DNA of 64,000 bases from a virus (Duplodnaviria > Caudoviricetes): positions 11,218-75,217 of the IMG/VR virus record IMGVR_UViG_3300042199_000463, one strand, 5' to 3'. This document shows positions 9,291 to 19,937 of this stretch, piece by piece (position 1 is the stretch's first letter; each line of letters begins with the position of its first letter). A model generated the notes under the pieces. The model was not told the DNA's origin. It saw nothing but the letters and a program-made list of their open reading frames with translations, and searched no databases. Position numbers and translations under genes: made by a program.

Positions 9291-11440
9291 TATTCAATCC
9301 CCACTAAACGGTACGAGCCCGCAGGCAATGCCGTACCCAAGGTTATAAACACGTTCGTCGTCGATGTCGCCCTAATCGGCACGTACATTACTTCGTAATC
9401 GTTTGTGTTGCTCTTAAGCTGCCATATGGCCTTGGTTGCGTCCACTCCTGAAACAGTCACGTTCTTTGTCGTGTCCGTTCCATTCCAGACGGTATCCGTC
9501 TCATAACGATTGGCCCCGACCTTTTTGAAAGTCGTGCCAGTGTCCACGTAACAACTCTCGTCGGCCGTATTGTAAACAAGGCGGCCTCTGTTTTGTGTAT
9601 TGGCAGAGGGGTTGACGGCCACATTCTCAAACCGCAAACCAAAGTATTCGCCCTTTGAGTAAACGTGACGAAGATTGTTCGATGAGCCCCCAAGGTCTGT
9701 TCCACTCCAACCTCCCGAATAGCTAGCATCGGTGAAAGGCCGCAATGTATCCTTGAACTGAACAAAACCCTTTGTCGCATGTGCGGTTGATTCTAAATTT
9801 AAATTCTCACTAGCAGCGGTTCCGCCCTGAACACTCTGCCCGCCCGCACGTCCAGTAAGCATTACAAACTGAGTGTGCCCACTATCCCCAGTAGTAAGTC
9901 CACTAAGACCACTATGCGAAATCTCAGTGTCCGGAGCAGAAGCAAGCCACTGGCTACCGTCATAAAATAATGCGTCACCCGACTGCGCAGGAAGAGTCCG
10001 CCCCGCATCCCTATACGGAGCGGACCGTAACGTCAGAAGGTCCGTTATTGTAATTTCAGAAGCACCACCGATAGCTCCGTCAATCCAGAGCTTGTTCCAT
10101 ACGTTGCCCGTCTTTCCGATGTCAAAGCTGGAATCGGTCCCCGGAAATACTCCGGAGTCAAATCGCGAAAGTCCCGTACCATTTGGCGCAAGAATGAGAT
10201 TACCGTTCGCGTCAGTCGTAGAAATCGTGTTGCCATTGAGATTTAAATTATCCACTGAGATTAAAGAGCCCGTACCGGAAACAGTCAACGAGCCGTTCGT
10301 TACCGTTACATTCGCGTCCGAAACTGCAACATCGGCAGTTACAAAATCCGTATCAAAATGATGGCGGATCTTTCCTGTGCCATCTGCGTACAGATTCAAA
10401 TTTCCGTTTACGTCTGTTGCTCGTATTTCGTTGTCCTGAATGCGGACATTGTCGACAAACACCTTGCCGAAAGTGCCTTCTCCGGTTGTCGTTATGTTCA
10501 ACGCATTGAACGACACCGTTGCCGATAAGGACGCAATATTGCCATTTGTAAATGTAAAATCAGCTATAGTCGTACTTGCTGCGAAAGCAGAAGCAGAACC
10601 CGTAGCAGAAACAGAGTTGAATGTACCAACTCCGGTTGTTGTCAAATTTTCGTTGCTGAAGTTTATTGTGCCTGAGCTGTCCGTTATGGAGCCAGAGCCA
10701 AGTACCAACGAGCCGGAAGTTACAGTCCCAGTGGTGCTCAAGTTTTCATTGTCGAAGCTAATTGACCCAGAGCTATCAGTAATAGCACCGCCAACTAAAT
10801 TCAACGTTCCTGACTGATATTCCTGCGACCAAATCTTTTTGAAACGGTTCGCTGTAGTGCCAAGATCAAATGTATTGTGCGATACAGGACGAGAGTTGTC
10901 ACCAAACTGTACGTATCCAGTGCCAGCTCCAACACCGTCTCCACTGTTCGCAAAAAGAGTAAGGTTAGTATTAGCAGAAGCACCACCGTAAATACTCTGG
11001 CCCGCGAGAGTCCCCGTAACAGCCACTCCGGATGCGTCAAGATCATCGTAGCCTCTTTGCTTTACGTAGATATCCTGCGTCTTTAAAAGAAAGCCTTGCA
11101 GAATGGAGTCAGTGCCCCAGTCAAGATCGTAAATCTTGTGCCAACTTGCAGAAGCTTCGCCTTCTCTCTGCTCCCAACGGTACGATGCCGCTTTTCCGTC
11201 GCCGTCATCAGTGACAACACGCATGTCATTAATTGTGTTGCCAACAGCAGGCAACGCTGCTGGAGTTGCTACGGCAGGTAGCGACTGCGGGTAAAGAACA
11301 GCAGTAATATAATCAAGCGCGCCAGAAACGGAACTTATTCCCGGCAACGCAGAATTTATGTACGCAAATTCATCGAGGGTATGGCGAAAAGGATGCTGAT
11401 TTGCATTCCAGATTTGAAAACGAGAATGTTGAAAAATCAT
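9290..11440 (-). CDS. Tail fibre/virion structural protein with internal repeats
   Basis: 716 aa; repeats ITDSSG.I.F.NENL.TTG (x2) and VDN....N.I..TD.NGNL.L...GTG (x2). Confidence 0.7.
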   Translation of the reverse strand: MIFQHSRFQIWNANQHPFRHTLDEFAYINSALPGISSVSGALDYITAVLYPQSLPAVATPAALPAVGNTINDMRVVTDDGDGKAASYRWEQREGEASASWHKIYDLDWGTDSILQGFLLKTQDIYVKQRGYDDLDASGVAVTGTLAGQSIYGGASANTNLTLFANSGDGVGAGTGYVQFGDNSRPVSHNTFDLGTTANRFKKIWSQEYQSGTLNLVGGAITDSSGSISFDNENLSTTGTVTSGSLVLGSGSITDSSGTINFSNENLTTTGVGTFNSVSATGSASAFAASTTIADFTFTNGNIASLSATVSFNALNITTTGEGTFGKVFVDNVRIQDNEIRATDVNGNLNLYADGTGKIRHHFDTDFVTADVAVSDANVTVTNGSLTVSGTGSLISVDNLNLNGNTISTTDANGNLILAPNGTGLSRFDSGVFPGTDSSFDIGKTGNVWNKLWIDGAIGGASEITITDLLTLRSAPYRDAGRTLPAQSGDALFYDGSQWLASAPDTEISHSGLSGLTTGDSGHTQFVMLTGRAGGQSVQGGTAASENLNLESTAHATKGFVQFKDTLRPFTDASYSGGWSGTDLGGSSNNLRHVYSKGEYFGLRFENVAVNPSANTQNRGRLVYNTADESCYVDTGTTFKKVGANRYETDTVWNGTDTTKNVTVSGVDATKAIWQLKSNTNDYEVMYVPIRATSTTNVFITLGTALPAGSYRLVGIE

Positions 11441-11452
11441 CGTTTAGTATCC

Positions 11453-11689
11453 TTAGAAGAGATCCCAAGCACTATTCCAAGTACCAGTATACTCTTTCAT
11501 GAATACAATTCGCGATGTCACGCCGGAAAAAGAGTACCTCACCACTGAGCAAGGAGTGCCGTTTTGAGCGTTGGCAGGAGCCGTGTACACATACTCGGAA
11601 CGATTGTTCACATCGTACTCAATGTGCTGCTTTACGAGCTCGTTAACTTGTGTCTTTAAATGCCCCGTGTCATTAGGTGCTACGGCCAT
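11453..11689 (-). CDS. Small virion protein
   Basis: 78 aa, AGGAG RBS, between the capsid and fibre genes. Confidence 0.5.
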   Translation of the reverse strand: MAVAPNDTGHLKTQVNELVKQHIEYDVNNRSEYVYTAPANAQNGTPCSVVRYSFSGVTSRIVFMKEYTGTWNSAWDLF

Positions 11690-11702
11690 GAAATGCTCCT
11701 AA

Positions 11703-11720
11703 ATGGGGCCGAGGCCCCAT
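11703..11720 (-). terminator. GC-rich hairpin after the capsid-decoration gene
   Basis: Perfect stem ATGGGGC/GCCCCAT with 4-nt loop; only a short T run follows. Confidence 0.45.
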
Positions 11721-11723
11721 CCA

Positions 11724-12194
11724 CTAGAATACGTAAAACACGTAAACGCTCAACTCACCGGCAGTTAATGCTGCTGTGTTGATAGACAAAGACAAAGTCT
11801 TGTCTGCCGTGGTCACAACTGCATCCGCTAGAGTACCGAAATCCGGCACGCCTTGAATCTTCGCTCCAGAGCTGAAACTTGCGACAGCTTCGGCGGCTAG
11901 AAGGTCGTTGGCGGCCTGCGAGTTTAGGTCAATCGTTGCGGAACCGCCTGATGTGAGCGCAGTCGTCACATGTACAAACGCATTCAAGATCACTGCGCCT
12001 GATGGGATAACAAGAGTTGAAACACCGTCTTGATCTTTCAAGTTGATGTCACCAACCGCACCGCCGTCACGAGAAAACTTGTAGCTTCCTTTGACGCAGT
12101 TCATGTTCTTGTGCACCAAGTCGCCAAGCTTATTTTTAGCTGAAACCCAGTCGTTAGACTTGTTTAAGCCGTCTTTTACTGTTTGAGATAGCAT
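11724..12194 (-). CDS. Putative capsid decoration/cement protein
   Basis: 156 aa, beta-rich, immediately after the MCP; IPSGAVIL..FVHVTTA.TSGGSATI motif. Confidence 0.55.
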   Translation of the reverse strand: MLSQTVKDGLNKSNDWVSAKNKLGDLVHKNMNCVKGSYKFSRDGGAVGDINLKDQDGVSTLVIPSGAVILNAFVHVTTALTSGGSATIDLNSQAANDLLAAEAVASFSSGAKIQGVPDFGTLADAVVTTADKTLSLSINTAALTAGELSVYVFYVF

Positions 12195-12216
12195 TTAAGT
12201 CTCCTAAAAGATGTGA

Positions 12217-12252
12217 GGGGACTGACTTGTCATGGACAGAGGTCTAGTCCCC
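12217..12252 (-). promoter_or_regulatory. Long intergenic stem-loop after the MCP gene
   Basis: GGGGACT(12217-23)/AGTCCCC(12246-52) extended by GAC/GTC and TGTC/GACA. Confidence 0.45.
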
Positions 12253-12265
12253 GTTGGGTCAACTA

Positions 12266-13504
12266 TTAGTAGCTGATCGAGTGAATGATACCGTTGTGTC
12301 CGGGTTGCTCGAACGTGGATTCGCCGAACAAACACGCATCAACGATATACTTGAAGCCAGAGGTCGAACGGACTTCAAAGTATTCTTTACCGTCTGGCGA
12401 TGCGCGCTTTTTGAAACCGCCGTTGGTGTTGAATGTCATTGAATTCCAGTCGATGATTGGGATGATATCGTCGTCCATCTCTTGGATGCCGACCAAGGTC
12501 AGCGTACCTTTTACAGATGTGATTTCGATTTCAGTCCAGCCGTACAAAGACGCGCTCGGCGCTTTTGTAACTGCGAATGGCCCCTTTTGCGTTTCGATCA
12601 ACTTCATGATCGAACCAAGGTGCTTGTAGGACATCAGGAATGTGTTCGCCATCCCTTTGGCCTTCTTGCGGACTTCGGTGTATGCATCGAACAACTTATC
12701 AAGGATGTTGGATGCAGTGATCGAAGCACCGGATACGTTGACTGCTTGCAAGTGAGGCCATGCGAGCTTACTTACGTTGTGCAAGTTAGCTGTGCCGCCG
12801 TTTGCCGCAGACAAAAGTGCTTGACGAAGTGATGTGTAACTTCCGCCTGCGGAAGATAGACCATCATGGTAGCACTTCGCACTTTGTGCGGTTGTGTACG
12901 CAGAAACGTTAGCTGCTGCGCCGCCACGTGTCGATGAAACGGTAACTTCGGAAGAGTTAACGTTGATTGCGATGACGTAGTACGCCGCTGCTGCGGTGTT
13001 GCCATCTTCCAAGAACAATTTCTGTCCGATTTGGAAGCGGTCGATCTTGTCAACAGTGATTACGCCACCGGCAGTGCCGTCAGCGGTCAATGTTGCGAAG
13101 TGTGGTCCCGATCCAAGTTGAACCGAAACAACCATCTTCATGTATTCCATCATGCGCTCAATTTCATCCGGAAGGATTTTGAGGAATGTGGATTCTGGAA
13201 TCTTGCCGCTGTGATCCATAAGATCGCGGTGGTTGAATTGCAAGGATGCCCAGCATTCTACGTAGTCTGATACGTAGCCGCGAACAAATTGCGATTCTGC
13301 AATGTCGGTGTCACCAGTTAGGCCACCGAATTTTAAAGAAGACGCGCCCGCACCTTTGAAGGGCACAATCAACTTGCCGCCCTTCCAGTCGTTGCGCTTT
13401 TTGATCTTCTGAAGGATGTAGTCTCGCTTGATGAGCTCTTCAAACAAAAGCTCGTTCGGCAAGTATTCGTTTAGCATATCTTGAAATGTACGATTGGTAC
13501 TCAT
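12266..13504 (-). CDS. Major capsid protein (HK97 fold)
   Basis: 412 aa; follows portal and scaffold; strong AAAGGAG RBS; double stop TAA TAG. Confidence 0.85.
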   Translation of the reverse strand: MSTNRTFQDMLNEYLPNELLFEELIKRDYILQKIKKRNDWKGGKLIVPFKGAGASSLKFGGLTGDTDIAESQFVRGYVSDYVECWASLQFNHRDLMDHSGKIPESTFLKILPDEIERMMEYMKMVVSVQLGSGPHFATLTADGTAGGVITVDKIDRFQIGQKLFLEDGNTAAAAYYVIAINVNSSEVTVSSTRGGAAANVSAYTTAQSAKCYHDGLSSAGGSYTSLRQALLSAANGGTANLHNVSKLAWPHLQAVNVSGASITASNILDKLFDAYTEVRKKAKGMANTFLMSYKHLGSIMKLIETQKGPFAVTKAPSASLYGWTEIEITSVKGTLTLVGIQEMDDDIIPIIDWNSMTFNTNGGFKKRASPDGKEYFEVRSTSGFKYIVDACLFGESTFEQPGHNGIIHSISY

Positions 13505-13518
13505 TTATATAACTCCTT

Positions 13519-14496
13519 TTAAACTCCGGCAGCGGCCTCAGCCATTCTGCGCAGATCGTCTAGTGATTTTGGTGTTTTCTTTACGGCAGAAGCGCCTCGA
13601 CCTTGGATATTAGGAAGCACGGGCTTACTATTCGGCTGCACAACTTTTGTTGTCGCGGCAGCAGAATGTCCATCCATGGACATCGGAGCCTGCATCCCTA
13701 CTATCCTCATGACCTCGCTGACCGCTTGTTCTGCGGAGATGTCTTGTCCGCTCGCTGCGTGCAGTTGACCACGTCGAATTACTTCCATACGAAACGCTCC
13801 CGGTTGACCTAACCGTGAGTCGAACATTTGCGCTACCGATGCAACGTCCGTGCGTGAAAGTTGCTGGTCAAGCTCAAACGTTCTTTGCTGAACGCGCAGT
13901 TGCTCGTTGCTTTGAGCTAGCTGCTGGTATCTTTGCTCCGCCTCTTCTTGCCTTTGCTGGGCCGCCCGCTGCGATGCTAAGTATTCTTGTTGTTCAGGTG
14001 TTCTCTGCGCATATTCTAATGCGAAACGCAGCACCTTTTCAATAGGCAAGTCGAAAGCTTGGAAAAAACCCTCCAAGTCCCCTGCCTGAGCCATTCCTAC
14101 GACTTTGTTAAGTGCCTCTTCGGTCTGCGTGTGTGTTTTCTTTAGTTCTTCGTACTGGGTCTTTATTGCCTGCCTATCGTTTTTCACATGCTCAAGCCCG
14201 TAAGCCTTGGCGTAGAGGTCTCTCGCCTTCTTCTCGGTATCGGCATCCTTGATAGATTTTTTCACCCACTCATCAAACTCAAGCTCTTGATCCATGACCT
14301 TGAATTTGTAGTTTGGAGAGTAGACGCTCTCGGCAGTCCCACCCGCAACCGCACCAGCCTTTGCGCTAGTGTCAGTTCCAGCCGTCTTCTCTGCCGCCGC
14401 CCCAACTTCTACACCCTCCGTAGCCACTGCACTGCCTGCACCAGTGTCCGCCGTTGCAGTCGTCTCATTTCCTTGAGACTTAGAAACATCCGTCAT
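13519..14496 (-). CDS. Scaffolding protein
   Basis: 325 aa; disordered acidic N-terminus, coiled coil, C-terminal KSLDDLRRMAE helix; between portal and MCP. Confidence 0.75.
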   Translation of the reverse strand: MTDVSKSQGNETTATADTGAGSAVATEGVEVGAAAEKTAGTDTSAKAGAVAGGTAESVYSPNYKFKVMDQELEFDEWVKKSIKDADTEKKARDLYAKAYGLEHVKNDRQAIKTQYEELKKTHTQTEEALNKVVGMAQAGDLEGFFQAFDLPIEKVLRFALEYAQRTPEQQEYLASQRAAQQRQEEAEQRYQQLAQSNEQLRVQQRTFELDQQLSRTDVASVAQMFDSRLGQPGAFRMEVIRRGQLHAASGQDISAEQAVSEVMRIVGMQAPMSMDGHSAAATTKVVQPNSKPVLPNIQGRGASAVKKTPKSLDDLRRMAEAAAGV

Positions 14497-14507
14497 GCAA
14501 AACTCCC

Positions 14508-16598
14508 TTATTGCATTTGGGTTTGTAAATCAGGCTGCCCACCACGCTGAGCCATCAGCATGTTGGCAACCTGTGAAAGCTGGTGTTGATTCATCTGCTC
14601 AAGCTTTTCTGCGCTAGATCCCTGCGCATCCAAAGTCTTAATGAGCCAATCCAAAGCCTCGTAAGGCATGCGCACACGTTTTGGAGCCTTGTTCACATCA
14701 TCACTAGGCACGTACATGTCGCAAGCCACCATCGCTCCACCCGTTGGCACACGCTCTTCATCAAGTGCTGCGGCTTTTGCGGCTTCGTCCGCTTGTTTTT
14801 GTAAATGTATCTGCTCGTATTTGCTGTAAAGCTCTTGTACTTCCGGAGAAAGCATCTGAAAGTCGCGTTTTTTCATCCGCGAAGCCACTTTTTGCAGTAC
14901 AAAATTACTATCGTCTTTAGGTGAAATATGGGGGAATTCCCCACGTTCTAAGGCCAAAAAGTCGTTCTGAACGTTGGTTTCGTTCATCGTTAGGTCTTCA
15001 AAATCATCTTTCCAGTTACCAAACGGCAGGTTTTTAACGATTTTTCCGATGTCTTCACGTGAAAGCTGCTGGCCCACGTACTGAAGTATCTGGGTCACAG
15101 TCATTTGACGACCTAGACGACTTTCCAGCGACTCATCACCCTCCTCCACAACGATTTTGTAGCAAAGTGGCGAGCTATTTCTGAACTCCGAGATGTTTGC
15201 GATCTCATCTGTGCCAATCGCCTCGATCAACTCCTCATCGGACATGTACTTTCGTGCAAGCTCAAGTGCTGTGAACGTGGCATCAATCCAAAACTCAGAG
15301 AACTTTTCCTGATAAAAGGAAAAGTATGACTGCTCCTTCATGGAGCGATACAAAAGTGTGTACGGATCAAGATTTGACTGCTTTTCACGGTCAATCTCAT
15401 CGATAAGAAGGGCCGCACCCATCTCAATTACCTGACGGTCAACGTAGCCTTGGTATTGACTGCCGTCACGGCCCGGCAAGATGGTTGGCGGAGCTCCTTG
15501 ATACGTTAGCCCTCGGACTCCGGGTAACAGGGCTCCCGGAGAGACCTTAGTACCGCTCTGGTAAAGCACTTTATCATCTCCCAAGGTAACTTGATGAAGT
15601 GCGGTTTGCGAACTCGCACGATTGATTTCACTTTGCCAAGGACGTGCGACCTTAATAAAACTTGTTGCTCTACATTTCGTTGGATGCTCATCAAATCCCG
15701 CCCATTTAATAGGGAAAATACCGAATGGAAGTGGACCTTCCTCTAAAATACCGGCCTGCGTTGTGAGATAAAAGTAACCGTCGGGATATTCGTGACTCGG
15801 ACGAAAGTAAAACTCCCGCAAACATACTTGGTCTTTTTCTCTTGAGTAACCCATGCGCTCAGAATCAAAAATAATGAAGTCCTCTTTCGACTCCACAAGA
15901 TATTTTTGCTTCTCGTTGTCGCCTTTGTACTTTTCCTTCAGCTTTTTTAGCGGCTCAAGACGCTCAATTCCAATAAACGTAGAGCCCGCCATGGATTTTG
16001 CCGAAGTGTCTCTGAAAATCTGATGACCGAAAATTCTTTCCCACACAATCTCGCCTGTCATCACTGGCTTTGATTCATCTGGGACAGGCTGGCCCATTTC
16101 ATCAAGCACAGGCTCACCGGTTTCAGAAACTTTCCCTTCGTATCCTTTGAGATATCCTTTCATCGGATCGAAGTACATCCTCAGACACACCTCACCAATG
16201 CGGCAGTAGTCATCCGCACTGTATCGCAGCACACTTCGCGTTTTGTTTCTGTGTTTTAAGTAGTCGTTTACTTTTTTATTTAGCTCGGCGGTCTTCTGAT
16301 CTTGGATGTTCGTAGGATTTTGGGGCGCTACGGTTGCGCCCTGTGTTTTAGATAAAATATGATTCACGTAGAGACGCAAATACTTGTGTATCCAGTTTTT
16401 CGTGATGCGAAGCTTTTGCGTGTCGTTACTCGTCTCGACATTAGAACGAACTCTATTCCAACTCGATCCATTTCTTTTGGAGTAATGCTCTCCTGCGGAA
16501 AGCAAAATGTTGCTCCGCATTTCTGCATACGATTCTTTATCCGCTGATTTTCCGTCCGTGTATAATTGATTTAACTCATCAATCTTAAGTGTCGGCAT
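14508..16598 (-). CDS. Portal protein (P22-like), copy A
   Basis: 696 aa between TerL and scaffold; VAPQNP...D.KTAEL, PFGIFPI, RPWQSEINR motifs. Confidence 0.85.
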   Translation of the reverse strand: MPTLKIDELNQLYTDGKSADKESYAEMRSNILLSAGEHYSKRNGSSWNRVRSNVETSNDTQKLRITKNWIHKYLRLYVNHILSKTQGATVAPQNPTNIQDQKTAELNKKVNDYLKHRNKTRSVLRYSADDYCRIGEVCLRMYFDPMKGYLKGYEGKVSETGEPVLDEMGQPVPDESKPVMTGEIVWERIFGHQIFRDTSAKSMAGSTFIGIERLEPLKKLKEKYKGDNEKQKYLVESKEDFIIFDSERMGYSREKDQVCLREFYFRPSHEYPDGYFYLTTQAGILEEGPLPFGIFPIKWAGFDEHPTKCRATSFIKVARPWQSEINRASSQTALHQVTLGDDKVLYQSGTKVSPGALLPGVRGLTYQGAPPTILPGRDGSQYQGYVDRQVIEMGAALLIDEIDREKQSNLDPYTLLYRSMKEQSYFSFYQEKFSEFWIDATFTALELARKYMSDEELIEAIGTDEIANISEFRNSSPLCYKIVVEEGDESLESRLGRQMTVTQILQYVGQQLSREDIGKIVKNLPFGNWKDDFEDLTMNETNVQNDFLALERGEFPHISPKDDSNFVLQKVASRMKKRDFQMLSPEVQELYSKYEQIHLQKQADEAAKAAALDEERVPTGGAMVACDMYVPSDDVNKAPKRVRMPYEALDWLIKTLDAQGSSAEKLEQMNQHQLSQVANMLMAQRGGQPDLQTQMQ

Positions 16599-16929
16599 TT
16601 AGTTGTCTCCTGCTGCCCAAAAATCCATCAATCATCTCCTGCTCAAACGCAACCGGATCATCAACCATTAGTTGAGATACACGTGCGTCCTCAAGAAGTT
16701 GAGATTCCATAATGGAGGCCTTGGGCTCTTGTTTGGTTTCGTTAGGTGCGCCCACGCTTTCCGGCGATGGCAAATCGTACTGGTAAGTTTTTGGCAGGTC
16801 TTCTATGGCCAGACGACCCCGGTCGGCGAACTCCAACTCAACTTCGCCCATCTTAAGGGTCTTGAGATTGAAACGTGCGCCCGCTTCAATGATACGGCAT
16901 AAATCTTTAGCTGACAAATCAGTTACCAT
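16585..16929 (-). CDS. Hypothetical protein between TerL and portal
   Basis: ATG 16929 (MVTDLSAKD) overlaps the TerL stop. Confidence 0.55.
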   Translation of the reverse strand: MVTDLSAKDLCRIIEAGARFNLKTLKMGEVELEFADRGRLAIEDLPKTYQYDLPSPESVGAPNETKQEPKASIMESQLLEDARVSQLMVDDPVAFEQEMIDGFLGSRRQLNADT

Positions 16930-18511
16930 ACATCTCATTCCAAAAAGTTAACTCGTGATCAATATCAATCCAGCCGTCCTCTTCTTTGGGCTCCATCTCG
17001 CCCCTGCGCTCTCTTATCTGCAAGGCAAGTTTTTCCGTGTCCGTCAAAGGACGGTCCACAATGCCCTCTTCCTTCACAGGCAAAAGCTCTTCTTTGGAAA
17101 ACTGAATGGAACCCCAGTCCCACGGCACTTGCAGCACACAGTAACGGAGAGCATCCGTTAAATCGTCCTGTATCTTTCTATTTTTCTCGGCGGGTGCGGT
17201 CATGAGCTCGGCACACATCTTCTCGCCGTCTTCAGTGTCGAAAATATCAAGCATCCCGTGCTTGAAAAGTGCGTTGAGTGTGTTGATGCCGTTAAACTTG
17301 CCTTTGTCGGCTGGGATAAAATTTTCAGATGCTCTCGAAGATATCAAACCAAATTCTTTACTCGCGTAATCGTAACACGCCTGCGTGACACTGATGCCGG
17401 CACGCATTCTTCTGTACTGATCCAAAATATCTCCGGCGGAAGTCTCCATCTCATCTCCGCGCCAGATCTTAAATACCGCTGCTTTGGTGTACTGCGGATT
17501 TACTGCCAAGAAAACAATCGCACCAGCAGATGGATGCGTGTTCAAATACGCTTTTCTACCGCTACCTACGTCGACCGCAGCATACACACGCCAATCCATT
17601 GAAATCGGATAGGGCTCCACAAAATGACGAGCCGCCTGAAAATGCGGGAAACGCAAATCATCATCTTTGACAAAGCGCCCGTACACACGCTTTTGTACTT
17701 CCGCCTCGGAGCTGCACTCACTCTCACGCTTTTTGATGCGCTCAAGCGACCAAGCACCCGGCGTGCCGTCCTCATAAAACTGACAGTCGTATAAAGAAAC
17801 AACTTGCTTGTGCGCGCCCTTGAACGCCTCGTTTTCGTAACCAATGCGCTCCATGGTGCGATACCAAAGCATCTGCCCACGGGTGGCCGTGAACACCATA
17901 CTAAAATATCCGTCAGTACTGGAAAGACGTGCGGCAAGTTCGTCGTAGTAGTCTTCCGGACACTCCTCATCAATGAAACACGCATGCAGCGTTGCGGACT
18001 GAAGATTTTTTACAGCCTGCGAGTAGTACTTAAAGTAAATCGTCACACCACTGTTAAAATGCACGCAATCGATTTCTTTTTTCTTGTACTCAGCCTTCCA
18101 CCCGTAAACATTATGAATCTGCATGTCGCCACGAGGCATGAACTCTGGCACCCACTTTTTTTCAAACTCCGACGTTGCTGTTGCGGCATCGGGATAGAAG
18201 TACCAAAATTGCCTCGGAGGAAGATTTTTCTCCGGCCACAACTCTTTCCATAAAGTCTTGTTCGTTGCGTACTCAATCGCCTTTCTAATGTTAGAAGACG
18301 ATTTTGAAATCTGGTTTCCACCAGTCAAAAATGAAATCTGATTTTTAGTCTCGAAAAATTCTCTGGCCCACTTGTACCACTTGAAACCGTACAAATGCGG
18401 AAGCTCAGCACGCTTTTTTGCACGCGCTGACTCAATCTTCCTTTTTACAACCCGCGCCTCGGCGGAGGTCATGTCAGGCTTGATTACCGCTTTCTGTATC
18501 TTCTGATTCAA
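16919..18511 (-). CDS. terL: Terminase large subunit (start probably ATG 18472)
   Basis: Walker A-like GGNQISKSS, Walker B FIDEE, coupling motif FTAT, RNase H acidic motifs AVDVG and DDLTDALRY. Confidence 0.92.
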   Translation of the reverse strand: MNQKIQKAVIKPDMTSAEARVVKRKIESARAKKRAELPHLYGFKWYKWAREFFETKNQISFLTGGNQISKSSSNIRKAIEYATNKTLWKELWPEKNLPPRQFWYFYPDAATATSEFEKKWVPEFMPRGDMQIHNVYGWKAEYKKKEIDCVHFNSGVTIYFKYYSQAVKNLQSATLHACFIDEECPEDYYDELAARLSSTDGYFSMVFTATRGQMLWYRTMERIGYENEAFKGAHKQVVSLYDCQFYEDGTPGAWSLERIKKRESECSSEAEVQKRVYGRFVKDDDLRFPHFQAARHFVEPYPISMDWRVYAAVDVGSGRKAYLNTHPSAGAIVFLAVNPQYTKAAVFKIWRGDEMETSAGDILDQYRRMRAGISVTQACYDYASKEFGLISSRASENFIPADKGKFNGINTLNALFKHGMLDIFDTEDGEKMCAELMTAPAEKNRKIQDDLTDALRYCVLQVPWDWGSIQFSKEELLPVKEEGIVDRPLTDTEKLALQIRERRGEMEPKEEDGWIDIDHELTFWNEMYGN

Positions 18512-19217
18512 GGGTCAAAACCTCAACTCTTTCCGGAGGTGAAGATAAAGGAAGCTTTTCCGTCTTGTCGGCAGAAATAATTTTTTGCACACGCGTGTCA
18601 ATCGCATCAAGCTCTTGCAACGTAAGACGGTCAAAATCGGAAGGAGTCAAATTCATCGAAGTAGAGTGCTGCTGAATTTGCAGCTTTTGCGTGACCGCAC
18701 CTCGTACTCTGTTGTCAGCTACTTGCTGAATCTTTAAAACCAACGACGCTAATTTGTAGTCGAATTTTCCCTGCGGAGTCTTCAAAGGCATGTTCAAAAT
18801 GTCTTCGATCTTGCGGTTCGCACGATCAAGAATATACCGCATCGTCAATTCGTAACTTCTAGGCGGCAACGTGATAAATGCTACGTTCCAATTGACCTTC
18901 AAAATACGGTCGTAAAAGTGCGCCCTGTCGCAATGACGAGCCACAATATTTTTGATCTGCATCAGCTCACCGGCAAAAACTGCACGGTCGTATTCATCCC
19001 AAAATGAGAGCCTTAAACGGTTCATCAAAGCCGTCGATAAACGCACCTTTTCTAACTTGGGCTCATCCATTTGAAAGAGACTTGGAGCCTGCTCCAAAGC
19101 ACGGCGGATCGCTAATCTGAACTCATCAGATTCAATCAGGTTCACCATGCTGCGAGGATTGTCGAAGTCAAAGCGCGAAAGCTCCGCTCCTTCTTGTAGG
19201 GCAAGTGCCTTACTCAT
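18474..19217 (-). CDS. Putative terminase small subunit (A)
   Basis: 247 aa, helical; first gene of the late operon, directly upstream of TerL (positional call only). Confidence 0.5.
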   Translation of the reverse strand: MSKALALQEGAELSRFDFDNPRSMVNLIESDEFRLAIRRALEQAPSLFQMDEPKLEKVRLSTALMNRLRLSFWDEYDRAVFAGELMQIKNIVARHCDRAHFYDRILKVNWNVAFITLPPRSYELTMRYILDRANRKIEDILNMPLKTPQGKFDYKLASLVLKIQQVADNRVRGAVTQKLQIQQHSTSMNLTPSDFDRLTLQELDAIDTRVQKIISADKTEKLPLSSPPERVEVLTLESEDTESGNQA

Positions 19218-19874
19218 GTAGGATGTACCTTTGGCGGCGGATTTTTGATTTTAATTTACAGTAGAATTTCAGGGTAATTTTAAAGTGTCAAGGGCAATTT
19301 TTAGATGGGTGCGATTTTGTTGGGGATTTTTGTTTTTGTGCGGTTTTCGTGTGGTTTTGTTTTTTAAAAAAAGAGGAGCAGGGGGCCTAGAAAATTAAAT
19401 TTCCATCGTGACCCAGCCCCCCCGTTGATATTACGGGCCAAAATTTCCGAACATCCAAAAGTCCAATGATTACGGTAACTTGATCAACAAAACGCCGCCA
19501 ACGGTCCAAAGATCCTTAAAGGAAAAAGGACAAAAGACTCATAAGAAGCCAATGCATCGCGGCGCGTAAGGCAAATTGGGACGTTTATAAAGGGGTTAAG
19601 GAAGGACCCCAGCGGCGACGGCTCCAGCGTACAGCATGGTAAATAGAACGGACGAAAGGGGCTCGGTATTAGCGCGCAAAATTCATAGTCCGTTAGCTTT
19701 ACATACATTCCAAATGACAGGGGCGCTAAACTCTTAATCCTTTAGGTTGCTCCTTAACCACCAGCGACTAAGCCTTTAAAACCGCTAAAAACCCTTATTC
19801 ATTAAAGCCACCATCACTTAACCCTAAGCTAATCCGCCCATCCAGCCACTTTAGCCTTGACGGAATTGATTCTT

Positions 19875-19898
19875 GATCAAACGATCAAACGATCAAAC
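19875..19898. repeat. Tandem repeat (GATCAAAC)x3
   Basis: Three exact 8-bp copies. Confidence 0.9.
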
Positions 19899-19911
19899 TG
19901 TAAACTAACGC

Positions 19912-19937
19912 AAAAAAAGCGCCCTCCTCGGCGCTTT
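19912..19937 (-). terminator. Rho-independent terminator of the early minus-strand operon
   Basis: Stem AAAGCGCC/GGCGCTTT, 6-nt loop, followed by T7 on the minus strand. Confidence 0.8.
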
